From: Phoronis australis
Taxonomy: Eukaryota; Animalia; Phoronida
DNA length: 64,000 nucleotides
NCBI GenBank assembly: GCA_002633005.1
Contig: NMRA01000049.1
Coordinates: 716,321 to 780,320 of the forward strand
Direction: 5' to 3'
Below the pieces are notes generated by a model, which ran no database searches, was not told where the DNA came from, and was given only the letters and a program-made list of their open reading frames with translations. The position numbers and the translations under genes were made by a program. This document shows positions 12,307-25,200 of this stretch, one piece after another (the stretch's first letter is position 1; every line of letters starts with the position of its first letter).

Positions 12307-15300
12307 AAGATTGCCATAGCATATAAAAAACCGAGTTATTGTTTCACAACAGCTTTCTGTCAGCAAAAACTGAATTATCATGCACTCACACGGCCTCGGT
12401 CAACTAGTTTTATTGCATCTGAAGTCGGTAACGCAGTATGATTTATTCATTTTTGGTTTCTCAAAACATTTGCACTCACAAACACCCAAACATTAGTTAA
12501 AATCATTCATCCGATCTGCATTACTCCCACATGCCCTTGACAGTCATTTCTTGCCAAATTGAAACCTGACTATTTATCGATGACGTAAGCATAACTCATT
12601 TTGACATACACTGTAATGCCTGAAACACTCCACTGAATTTATGTGTAAAGGTGCCCTGAAATACATGAGCTCACTGTAAATCCAGTGGAGCATGTGTGGC
12701 AAAATGTGACCTTGGACTTGACCTTTTCGCTTGACCTTGACCTCCAACCACAAAAATTGTATCAGAATCGATTTTATCATACCTGAAAACCTATAGTTTG
12801 ATGTATCATACTCATTTTAAAGGGCATTTATAGGGACTTGCCAATTTCAATATGGCCAATGTCGGCCTTCTTGAATTTTAGGGTTATTCCGGCAAAATAC
12901 AACCCAGCATACATTTTTCTTGGATTCAGAACCTCAAAATTAGTTAAAATCAATTATCAAGTCTGCATTATCCCCAAATGCCCTCGACAGTCATTTTTTT
13001 GCCAAATTGGAACCTGACTAAAAGGCATGACTACTGAGACAGTCTCTCGAGACACTTCATTCAGTTTTATTAAACATTACGATACCTTTACATTAATTAG
13101 GCTGAGAAAAACCCATTTTGAAGCAGAGCAATGCCAGCCACTGACACGGAGATATTTCACGGTCTCAAAGTAGGTAAAACGGCATGCATTTCATTCTTTG
13201 CTGCGGAGAATCACCTTTGAAGCATTTCGAGTTCTCAACAAAATGGAAAAAACGATGTAACCGATTTCCTCGCAGCTTCATGGTTGGCACAAGCGGGAAC
13301 GATACGCCACACCATAGCGGCACACACTCACCTGAAAACCACTGATGTACTCACCATCCTCACAGGTTAATGTGACACCTCTTAGCGAGGTTAGATCGAC
13401 TGTAATGTGGATACAGACCGATTAAGACGGTTAAAAAAACGAAATATATTGGGTGGCATTCTCCTTTAACCCTCATAATAGTCAGCATTTTAATTGGTCA
13501 TTCATATTACAATGTAAGTTTGTTTAAAACTGTCAGCTTCTGGAGTTGAAATTGTAATTAACTTTTACGCAATGTTATTTACTATTTTACTATTTGTGTT
13601 GAAGGTTTCATGCATTTTCAGTATTGTTAAAACCTGAAGTAAATGAAATCCACATTACACAAGAAACATGCCCAACCAGTATTAAAACATTCTTTTTCAG
13701 CTCACAACAATAGTTTTTGGCTGGTCAGCAGAAAAGAGCTTGTATGGATCAGGATTGCAGTCAGCACTTTAATGGCAGAGCGCTGCTAAAAATTAGCTGA
13801 CTATTCTGCTACTTTTTCGACGGGTCGACGATCAGACGCCGATCAGTTTCTGACATGTCGGAGAAAAGGCTATGTCCGTTTCTTGTACTGCACTTCAGCC
13901 CCCATGTGTTACTTTTGGTACACACCGGAGCATCTGCCAGTGTGAAAATTGTGAATGCCGGTACCCTGCTGGAACATAAATACAGGAGTGTGAAGCAAAA
14001 TTTTGCGTGGGAACAAGAAAGTGTATTAATCTTACGAAACGTTCTGTACAAGTTCAGATTAGATTGGTAAGTACTTGTTTTACACTTCCACTTGGACGAG
14101 ATAGCAGGTGGCTGACAATTTTGTACAAGTCAGAGAGATGGAAAAGTTAATCGGACAAAACGGCGCATTATTGCGTCATCTAGAAATAAATCAGGGAAGA
14201 CAACGAAGTGCCACATTCACTATGGCGGTACTAAATTCTACTCATACACGCGCACCCAAGAGGATTTCCCAATCGATTTCAAATAGCCAGCATCTCCAAT
14301 TTTCTTCATAATCATCTGAATTACAAATCTTAAGTAACAAACGAATGATTTGAAAGAAGCTGTGATCCCTGATTGTTTGAAAATTTGCTAGATTTTTTAT
14401 TGACACAGTAATAAGATATTTTAATCGAAATGAAGTCTACATCTGATTCATCCATTTAATTTCCGTTGTGGTGACTGTTAAACGTCTATGGGATCACTGA
14501 AGATGGGACCACACACAATTGAAAACGTACTATATAAGGTGATCTTGTCATCGTGGCCTGACGAAGGTTCTGCCGCGATCCCTCTAATTCTGCCTATGCA
14601 CCGATGATGTTTTTGCTCTACAAGTATCAGGTGAAAACTGCGACCCGCAATAGTGACACTTTTTCATTTTTGGCAACAGATATGATGAACATGTTAAGCT
14701 GAACGGTACTTGACTTTTCACTTTTGAACTTCGACATTTCCCTTTTGTTAGAAAAGGGTTGCGTTATGAAAATAAAGGCGTCGAGAGATATCGTCATGCA
14801 TTTCAAACGAAGAACGTGATCGCTTCTTTCACTATTATCTTGCTTTGGGGAGCGTGCTCCAACCAATTAATGAAACAATGAGTGGACCGGACTTACCAGT
14901 CGTCAATTTATTCTAAGCTTAGCAAGCTAATTTTCAATTTTTATATTAATTATTGATAATTTGTTACAATTCTATCAACAACATTTACAGTATAGTATGC
15001 ATATAAAATTGTGAGCCCTGTTGTACCTCAGAGGCGACAGAAGTCACACCAGAACTTCCCTAATCCCCCGTTCGTGCATTTTCGGTCGAAGCGTCACATA
15101 CAGAAGAGCACTCTCGCATGTAAATTTCTCTAATCATGGCATCGAACTGTAGCTCTTAACGAGGCATGGAACGCGAAAGCTCGTCAAAAATATCTTTTAA
15201 ACAATTCCTGACGAAAGTACCATTTCGCAACGTCTACAACAGAGTTATTCACTTTCCGCTGTGACTGAATTTTTAGAAAAAAAATCACAAAATTCACGAT

Positions 15301-15990
15301 TATTTGAACACGCGATAAGAAAAGCTTTCTGGTCACAACAGAGTTTCAAATCTCTCTCACACTTATGATCAATGCGAGTATGCGCTCACAGTCATTTGAC
15401 AAAGAGATGACAAGCAAGATGGATATTAACGGCAGATTATCATGCTTGATCTCTTTAAAACGATTCAAACAATACATGACGTTATTTTTAACCATTTCTA
15501 TGTTGTATTATAAGAAAACTGACCATTTCACAAATATGCCCTTACTTAAATGTAAACATTAGTTAATTAAACCAAGTGAATTTCATTGTGTGTTAGTGCA
15601 TGAAAGTCCTCCTTCTTCCCGTTTTCCTCTCCCTTTATAGTAATCTCGGCTAATTATCCACCCAATTAATTAGGAGTTATTTTCCAGGAACTTATTTGTT
15701 CTATTTGTATGACGTATTATCCTCTAGTATGTTGTAAAGATATGTAGCTGGAGCCACCCAAGCCCAGCCGTATCTATTAATCACTAATGATATGCTTTCT
15801 GGGTAAATAAACGTATTTGGAAAAATGTGTGATCGCAATCCGAATCTGAGGTCGACAGCACAGTATGAGACAAGCCAATGAAGCAAGTGATTTCATAAAA
15901 ACAATTCCAAGTGCATTTTATAATATTTTTAATGCTACGATACCTTTATAACTAATTTTAAACACATAGGCCTTACACCAGTCGCTTCTT

Positions 15991-16155
15991 CAGTGGCGGA
16001 TTTGGGGAGGGGGGGGGAGGCAAGGGGGCCGTGGCCCCCCTAAAATTCTCCCAGATTACGTTTGTCAGTTCGGGGGTGCGAATGTCTGCCAGGCAAAATC
16101 CTGGCTAATATTCTGCCCTGGCCTCCCCTAACTCAAAATCCTGGATGCGCCTCTG
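15991..16155. mobile_element. Short MITE (CAGTGGCGGAT...ATGCGCCTCTG family)
   Basis: Imperfect terminal inverted repeats. Shares ggcaaaatcctggct and aaatcctggat segments with the element at 63349-63468. Confidence 0.6.
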
Positions 16156-17099
16156 CTCTTAATCGGAGTAGTTATTGCATAAACTTGCCATTGCTTTGTT
16201 TACATCAAAGGTCAAACAAAGATCACATTTCCCATGCAAAGGTAATGTAGTACGTCTAATGTATTGCCTTATCAATTAAGGAGACGTTGTGAGAGAAGTG
16301 ACGAGCAGTTGACAGATCGTTTTTTGAAATTTGAACCTAAAAGAACAGTGCTTTGACATCGACAGATATTCAAAGTCTTTACGAAAAAACGTAGAAATAC
16401 CTGGTGAGCGGTCGAATTCTTTTTCAGTGGCCGTCAACCACTTTAAATAATGCATTTTGATATTTTATTCGCGATCCATGCCCTCTTAATGTGCAAGCAG
16501 CGTTTTCGAGTCTCACTTGCCAATTTTGCTGCTGGCCTGAAACCCGTTGCCTTTTCCGTTTTTTCACGGCTGAACGATTTTGACACTTGGCATTTTTACC
16601 GATGCGTGTGTCACCAGAGTTTGCAATTATCTCGCCCCCTCAGATATTCGCTTCAGCTGCAGACGCTGACAAAATAGGGGACGTGTCTACTTTTAGGCTC
16701 CATTATGTTTTTGTCAATAAATACTTCAAACTACGGTCCAAGTTTGTTTGGAATGTTGAGGTAAAAAGTATGCTTACGTTTAGCTCATTTCTCACATTTT
16801 AAGGACCGGGCTTCTAAGCAAAGGGGCCTGCCGGACGCTGCTCAAATGCCCAAAAGAACATAACGGAAAGAAGACATATTTGGTTTCTGTATTGTATGTT
16901 CTGCAATTATAGATGAAATGTTAAGACCCTACTAGCAGGAGTGTTAACGGAACTTTCGAAGAACTACTCGTGAAATTGATTTATTTTCATCTACGCGACA
17001 TAGCCCTATTTCCAGTTCAGTTCTTCTCACGGGCATCGAATGAGATATCACGTTATGCGGGTTCAGCTTTCTGATGTGTCTCAATATCGTTTACATAAC

Positions 17100-17415
17100 A
17101 CTTGTATGGATTACGGAATCGTCATTGGCATGTGCCTACATTTAGCTGGCGATGTTGAGGAAAATCCTGGGCCTTTAAAATCTTGTTTTCAAATATTAAT
17201 AGCATTAAATCCAGCAATTTCTCCAGATTCCAACTTTTAAAATACTTTGTTGTGTCTAACGATTATATGACTGTCGCTCTTTGTGAAACTTGTAATGTTA
17301 CCAAAGACGATCTTGATAATGAACTAATAATTCCTTGTAACAGTGTAGCCTGTTACAGTAACAGGTAGCCGTGGCATCATCTTGTTCACTAAAAACACAC
17401 TCACATTTAAATTAC
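17100..17415 (+). mobile_element. LINE 5' ORF2 relic: 2A-like peptide followed by an APE endonuclease start (CR1/L2-like)
   Basis: LHLAGDVEENPGP, then (frameshifted) FSNINSIKSSNFSRFQLLK...VALCET. Confidence 0.65.
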
Positions 17416-17416
17416 G

Positions 17417-17976
17417 TCATAGCTTAACAAGGACAAGACAAAGTACATGACAAATTTTGAAAGAGAAGAACAGGTAATGATGGAGAACAAGATCATTGAA
17501 AGAGTCACACAATATAAATGTCTGGGACAAACTATACAAATGGGAAACCGTAGGACCAATCAAATACAAATCCGAATAATACCTGGATGGAAAAAACAGA
17601 GAAATATTCCAAGATAAGAACATACCCATATCCCTGAAAAGAAAAGTATTTGACCAGTGCATCATCCCCACAATCAACTATGGATGCCAAAGATGGACCT
17701 TAACAAAACAGACAATTGCCAAGCTAAGAACAACAAAGAGAGCAATGGAGAGAAAAATGCTTTGAATAAAGTTACTAGCCAGGATTCCACACACAGAGAT
17801 AAGGGAACGAACAGGAGTCATGGACTTAATCAAGACAGATGGAGAGACGACATCGTGAAGACGAGAGGCACAACGTGGATGAGAGCGGCAAGAGACAGGA
17901 CAAATTGGAAGGCATTTTCGGAGGGCTCCATCCTGCAGTAGATGGACAATGCCTAGGGTCAGTCAGTCAGAGTCAG
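17417..17976 (+). mobile_element. RTE-clade LINE 3' end fragment
   Basis: SLKRKVFDQCIIPTINYGCQ, LRTTKRAMERKML and RWRDDIVKTRGTTWMRAARDRTNWK, followed by a (GTCA)n tail. Confidence 0.78.
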
Positions 17977-20039
17977 CTTAACTTGTCCTCAGTTATGCAA
18001 CAATGTTGATTTCAAGCATCAGTTTTTGAGCGCATGTACGCATATATTTCATTAGGGGCAGAGAATTTGAAAACTATATTGAGATGAAAGAGTTTTTGTT
18101 TCATCTAAGGTTCAAAAATAATGAATCTGGCGATTTTTTCTAGAAATTTTTGCACCATTCAAAGTGAATAACTCTCACTTTAGCATCCCCAAGGGGTACG
18201 ACATGTAGATTCGCCACGATCTGTTTAAAAGGTGATTTACGATTTTCGGGTTCCACGCCTATTAAAATCTGCCAACCTCTTCTCTCATGTTTTCTAACTG
18301 TCAATAATAAGCTACGCTTAACAATAATGTATATCTAATTGTCAAATTTCTACCAGCATGGGGTGAGAATACAACTAACGACGTAATTCGCTAATTGGCT
18401 GGGATGAGGGTGCACCGCGCATTTGCTCGATTTGTGTGCATTCGTTTATTCCTGGGTTGGTTCTCGTTGTGGAATACAGGTCTCAGGCTGAAAGGTTTGT
18501 TTAGTACAAAATAACTAGGTTTAGAACTGTTCGAAAACTTCTTCCGAACACGTTACATCTGTATGTTTGAGATATTTTGCGGTGTAATGACCCCAAACAA
18601 TGTCAAACGTAAAATAATCTGCTCGCGATTCCGCGATTCGGAAGCCGGCGGTGGGTTCTCAGCTGGTAGGCGTTTAGTAAAGCCATCTAGAGGTAGTACA
18701 ATAATTTCGTAACTTTATAATTTTCTTAAAATGTGTCCATATGGTCAAGCACCACCTGACCTCTAATGCAATACCAAAGGTATGTGCCTAGGATAAATAA
18801 TAACAAATATATATATTCTAATACTAGACCAGTGGGAAAATGTAAACTTCCTTACTGTCACTAAAACTTTTCGCAACTCCGGCGTTTTTCAACCGAATTG
18901 CATAAGACTCATATCATTAGAAACCCCTTCATCAGCTCCAGATCATTACCAAAATGCGAAAAATACTGTTTAAAATGGAATCATTTACGTACTAAATGGC
19001 TGATTAAATAGCTAATTAGTGATTTAATAAATTGCAATGCCAATTATTTTAGGGTGCAGTAGTCTTGAAAAGGAACTGAACCAGACCATTATGTAAATGA
19101 CTTGTTAAAACCACGAGCAAAATAGTTTCAATGATTCAAAAGATTTGTACCAGATAGAGAAATGTTTAGAAAATGGGTACCCCTGAGTTGCTGTAATGAA
19201 TTTAGTCATACATCTTTATTTATTAATTGAACCTTTTGTGCTGTTTGATTGAAATCTAATCTTCAGTAAAAGTTCAGGTTGCTGTGACATCTGTAAATAA
19301 GGGCAATGCGGATTGTTGATATGCACCCAGACTGTGCATCGCATATAACGCGGAAACAAAGATGTTTAGTATTTTTTAAACATTAAAGGAAGCAATATTA
19401 GTGAACTTAAAATAACCTGTAGGGGCTGCATAGTAAGTCAGCAATGCTCTCCTAAGTGGGAGCGCACCTAGATCGTTAAAAATTTAAATTGCCTTTAGGG
19501 GATGCAGCGGTTTGAGATAGGGGATAGTTACCGGTTCTGTACCAGTTATCATTGTCGTTCCACGTCATTTCCCGCCAAACTACGATTTCTTGCCTCCCAA
19601 AAGGATGATTACGTTTAGCGACCTCAGACGCCGTTAACAGAATACAAGGCGTAATGTCGAGCAGACGCCCCGGACAAAAACGGTGAGCATTTTTCACTTT
19701 TTGACATCTTGATGTAAATTTTAGCCATCCCAAATGATGTGATCAGACTACAACAAGTACAGCATATGAGTAAACCGATGTCTCACCATCTGGGTAATTG
19801 TTTACAATATGACGACATTGACTTACACATATGATTTTGGTATAGTTTGATTCCATGTATAAGTTATCTTTCCAAAAATACACAGAAATTCTTCTTACCC
19901 CGTCTTTTAATATTTTATCGTGAAATTTCTGCTCGCACTATTTCCTGGTACGCGGTAGTAATACCGCTGCGTTGAATGGAAGGAGTCACCTGGCGGTCAA
20001 AAAATTAACTAATCTACCGACTTAATAGATTGTCGCTTT

Positions 20040-22438
20040 TCATTTTGTATTGACTCAAAGTTTTGTGTTCTCAATGGGCGTCCCGAACAAGATAACTATA
20101 CATTCGTATCTAGAAAGGGTTCTTATGTTGTTGATTACATCCTTACGCAACATGAAAATTTATCTAATTGTCTGAAATTTGAAATTTACACACCCGTAGC
20201 ATTGGTAGACAAATTTGATCTTTTGAGTGAAATTTCTGGCGTTTGCCATATGCCAGATCATTCTTTACTTGCCCTTGATTTTTCCGTACATTATAATGGC
20301 AACCTTTCACAATTAAATGAAGCTTGCATCGATTCCCCAAAGAGGTATAAAGTTCGGTCAATTCCCGTAGACTTTATGAATTTTGAAATTTTTAATACTG
20401 CTATGCGAGAATTAATTAATTCTATTTTGGTCTGCAGAGCAACCCAAGAAAACATTGACTGTATGTACAGTAGGTTTTGTAAGTGTATATTTGATGAGAT
20501 GGACAGAAAATTATTTTGTTCTAACACAAAGAAGGTGAAAAGGAAATTTAAAACAAGCAAACCCTATTGGTGTGTTGAATTGTCCGAGCTTTGGAAAGAT
20601 GTAAGTTTAAAGGAAAAAAAATTGAAATGCAGCGGCTCTCGAGAAGAACGCAGCAAAATGGCTTTCGTCGTGACAGAGCATGTGTTTACCACGTCTTTGT
20701 TTTGACCTCGATTATATTTAATCGCTTGAATAACAAACAATCCACATTTGCTACTTTAATTGATATGCAAAAAGCTTTTGACTGGGTAGATAGAAATAGT
20801 TTACTTTTTAAAATGTTGGATCTTATGATAGTTGGAAAATTTTATGAATCGGTTAAAAATATTTATGCCAAAACTCAATCCTGTGTTAAGATTAATAATA
20901 CCTTTACGGACTGGTTTTATACATCTTGTGGGATCAAACAAGGAGATGTTTTATTACCTACTCTTTTTGAACTATTTATAAATGATTTGGCAAAGGAATT
21001 AAAACAGTCAAATGTAGGAATTCCTATCGGTGCTGATAATGTTTCGTCTTTGTTTTATGCTGATGATATAGTGATACTTGCCTAGAGAGCAGAAAATTTA
21101 CAGGGTTTATTGAATGTAGTTGATAAATGGTGCTCTAAATGGAGGCTAATTGTCAATCAGGAAAAAACTAATATTATTCACTTCATATCAAAGCATGTCT
21201 CTCGTAGTTTATATCCATTTCGATTGGGTCGACTAGACCTAGAATATGTACCCAAATATAAATATTTATGAATAATTTTAAATGAACATTTGAAGTTTTC
21301 TGAAACTGCTAAAACTGTATCCGAATCTGCCGGAAGAGCTTTGGGTGCTTTAATTAATAAATTTAAAAAGAATAAAAATATATGAGGTACAGAACGTTAA
21401 CCACATTATTTAATGCTTGTGTTGTGCCTGTTAGAGATTATTGCGTAGGTGTCTGGGGCGGCTCTAGTCTACAGGATTATTATGTCATTCAGAATAGAGC
21501 CGCGCGATTTTTCTTGGGCGTTCACAAATTCGCTCCTAATCATGCTGTTATGGGTGACATGGGGTGGGAATTCCCCAGTGTTAGGCGGAAAATTGAGCTT
21601 TTGAGAATGTGGAATCGTATTATTAATTTCGAGGATGATAGACTAACATACCGAATGTTTTGGTGGGACTACACTACTAATAATAAGTCTTCTGAAGTTT
21701 TGAGCATTTTTAAAGAATTAGGGATTTCGGATTGTTTTCATAACTTACGTTCAGTTAATCTGTCTCACTGCAAGAATGTTTTGCACGATTTGGCATGTAA
21801 CAGGTGGTTGTTTGAAAGCCGTTCGAAACCAAAGTTAAGAACCTATGTTTTGATGAAGAATGTCTTTGAAGTTGTTCCTTACGTGCTTTTAGACTTAACT
21901 CGGCCTAGTAGGTCAATTCTTGCTCAAATTAGAACCGGAACCCTACAGCTATTGGTTGAGGTTGCGCGTTTTCGTTCTCTAGATTTTGATGACAGAATTT
22001 GCTGTCTTTGTCACACTGGTCTGGTCGAAACTGAACTACATTTTCTGTTTGAGTGTCCGTTTTTATTAGATGCCAGAAAACGTTTTACTGTCAAGTTGAG
22101 ATTAAATATCCACGATTCCGTGCAGAAAGCTGTGAAAGTAAATTAATTACAATCATGCAAAAAGATGTTATTAGAAAAACTTTAGTTTTCATCAAACATA
22201 TTTTTGAAGTAAGGAAATACTATATTTATTTATGATCACTTTATCTCGGCATTCTCTTTCTGGTCCTCTTGCAACGCCTGTACACTTGTCTTTTCTTTTT
22301 TTGTATCATGTATCTAAAGTGACTTATAAGCCCCGTGGAGGGCTGGGTGTTCCTAGTCTTTGTAACGTATTCGTTGTTTAAATTCATTTGAACACATGTC
22401 ACTATAATAAAAAATTACTTACTTACTTACTTACTTAC
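20040..22438 (+). mobile_element. RTE-X-like LINE, degenerate and internally deleted, with 3' tail
   Basis: APE end (LNGR, VVDYIL, DHS); RT motifs QNGFRRDR, IDMQKAFDWVDR, GIKQGD, LFYADDIV; C-terminal CCHC RICCLC..ETELHFLFEC; AATAAA followed by (TTAC)n at ~22414-22438. Confidence 0.88.
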
Positions 22439-24927
22439 ATAAGGTCAAGTTGACCGAGACTCGTCTATCCCCCGCCCGAGTTACGGTGCCAAGGGTTCGA
22501 ATTCGATCTTATAGTGACCCTTCCACGCATCTGTTAGCACGAAACCGCGAAAAAAGTTGTTTTTGAGGTCCATATTGGTGAAACTGGTATCACTTCAGAC
22601 AATTTCGTGGAAACATGGTCAAATGGTCACAATTATAAAAAAATTGGAACAGGTGAAATGCTGCCACTTGTTCCTCCATATTATGTCAGGAAATCTCGCG
22701 CAGGCAAACACCATTCAGAATCGATGATGCTGTTTCATTGATTAACAACAGGTGTCGCTGTAATCTTTACTTGAGCTAACATGGCGGTGTCAACCGGCAA
22801 ACAGTGGAAACCGAAATTCGACGAGAAAAATACAGAAGAAACGCAGTAGGGGATAAATTCATATACTTTTGGAAAGATAACGTTGCGAGGAATCGAACGA
22901 TACCAAAATCATGTGGGTAGATCAATGTCGTCATATTGTGAACAATTATCTACTGCGGATCAAATCGCCAGGAAACGGGTGGCGAAGAGCGAGGCCGACG
23001 TAGTGTTTCGCGCACTAAGTGAGGTCATGCTCTGCGTGAGAGAAAGTTCACAGAAAATTTATTCAGCCATATGATGCTACCACAGTTGTACTTGAGGAGT
23101 AAATATGACACTGACTTGCAACGCAGTGCAGTGTGCAATGGTGCAACGCTGCTTTTTGTATATGCACCGCGAGTCCTCTGGCTTCGTCACCGTATGCTCA
23201 GCTGCTATTGCTACTGCTAGTACGGCAGCCACTACTAGCACTGAAAGCACCCGTGTAGCAAGTAGATCATGCGGAATCTTTTTCCCGGCCCTAGTTTAAT
23301 TAGTCGTACCTCTGGACTTCCACCCCAGCCTTATTGGGGTTTACACAAACTGGCAGGTGGTTGTATTGGAGAGATGTTCCGTACATACAAGAGGAATAGG
23401 GGTGATGCATCATACAATCAGAAAAGAAAAATTCTGGCTGCTGTGACCATTTCTGCAGATGACAAAAAGAAGTAAGTTTTATTTTGATTTCCTGGGAATA
23501 AAATCATGGGATTGGGAGTTATAAAATTATTCATATCCTTTGTTTTGAATCAATGGTCACATGACTACGTCTAATTCTCATCAATTCATGTTATTGTCAA
23601 AACTGAATTGTTGCAAACTTTCCTCAGTTCACTCTAATTACCCTCATTGCAAAGCAGGTGACTTTCTCAGTGACTGAAAGCAAAACAATGTCCATGATTA
23701 GTTTCCCTCTAGAACAATATGCGAATTACAGGTTTCTTTTGATATCGGGACAAGCGAACATTGACATAATTTAAAGATGCCATGTCTCATTAAAACTGTG
23801 AAGATTTAAATTTTAGCAACCGCCACGTAATGACTTCCTGGGGAACTGTGTGTACAGAAAAAGAAACAATTGGTAAATAATTTAAAATAGTAAAACTAGC
23901 AAAACTAAAACGACGAGCGTCGGTACTAAAATGTATTAAAATATCCCCACATTTTGAGCGATGCGCTCTTAGTCAAGGGTGTGCTACAGACTGCTGAGTG
24001 CATGTAGATTGATCTAAAATGAAATGGCACATAAGACCACATGGTGACATACAATAGACATTTGCTGTTTTATAGAAAACACTGTAACTGAAAACTTAAA
24101 AACAAATGTGAACACACAAAAACAACTGTAATTTCAAATATAACGCAACTGTTATTTGATAGTGAAAAAACAAATATAAAAAACTGTACCTTGTTTCATT
24201 TAGGGAACAATGAAATTTGCATAAAAATAGTCTCGACTTTGCGATATTGTAATTGTAACTGGTTCTCGGATGGTTTCCGGTACATTGATATAGGAAGACC
24301 CGTTGTAGTTTGTAAATTAGTACTTCATTTGCAATTTAATGAGACGATGTATCTTTAAAGTATGTAGTTCGACTTGTAAATGTACCAACACGCAACTTGA
24401 CATGCAACTTTTCTTTGAATTGCATATTTAAGTACTAAGTACTAAAATAGACAAAGAATATGTACACAACAAACACCCATTTAAGTGGATGACTTGACTT
24501 TCAGTGAAGCATGCTAGCACATGAATATGCCTTCAGGATGAAAGGGCCTTAAAGAAAGTTTTTTATTGAAAAAGTACACTGTTCCCTATGAATGAACTTT
24601 CAGTTTTACTTGTACAGTACTAGATCAGTGCTGTTCTTGTGATTTCCTAATTTCTGTTTTTCTATATAGGTTTGGCATCCCTCTTCCAGTACAGCAGAAG
24701 TGCAGAAATAGCGGTAACTTACTGTACCTACACCATTCCTTCTTGCCATTTCTGAGAAAGCTGGATAGTTCCATACGAGAAGAGTTCGTTGGTAACCACA
24801 GACACAAAATCGTAAAGGTGAACAAGAGACGAAATCATGCCGCAATTCAACCTTTCCCTGCCTCCATATCTTAGATTACCTGAGACTAGGTGGTAAAACA
24901 GTGAACATATACATTCACTATAATATC

Positions 24928-25200
24928 CACGGGTGAGAAACAACATGACCACCGGTCCTCTAAATCGGACTGACTCACCCAAAACAGGACCTCCGGGGAT
25001 CCGCCGGACAATATACGGTTTCAATCCCCGGCGGTCATGTTCAGTCCCCGGCGGTCCTGTTTTCTGGTGGGGCGGTCATGTTTTTATGTGCGTCAGTCCC
25101 ATTTTCTGGTGCGACGGTCTCATTTGATCCCCGGAGGTCCTGTTTTGGGTGAGGCGGTCCGATTAACGAGGACCGGCGGTCATGTTGTTTCTCACCCGTG
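24928..25200. mobile_element. 273-bp foldback MITE with CAC...GTG ends and 5-bp TSD (Transib-like)
   Basis: CACGGGTGAGAAACAACATGACC... and ...GGTCATGTTGTTTCTCACCCGTG form ~70-bp inverted arms. ATATC flanks both sides (24923-24927, 25201-25205). Confidence 0.82.

Larger units (their letters stand above)
10910..13465 (-). mobile_element. Kolobok-type element, copy 3, with internal duplication and insertions
   Basis: TTAA|AGGAGAACGCCACC ... GGGTGGCATTCTCCT|TTAA. Colinear with copy 1; THAP relic at ~13130-13325. Confidence 0.82.

Noticed and set aside
12044-12381. ORFs with CVCVCV/YIYI repeats (also 32143-32388 and 47050-47247)
   Set aside because: Translations of microsatellites.
4933-13469. 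piggyBac assignment for the TTAA-flanked elements
   Set aside because: The ends are AGG..CCT rather than CC(C/Y)..GG, and the internal THAP relic fits Kolobok.
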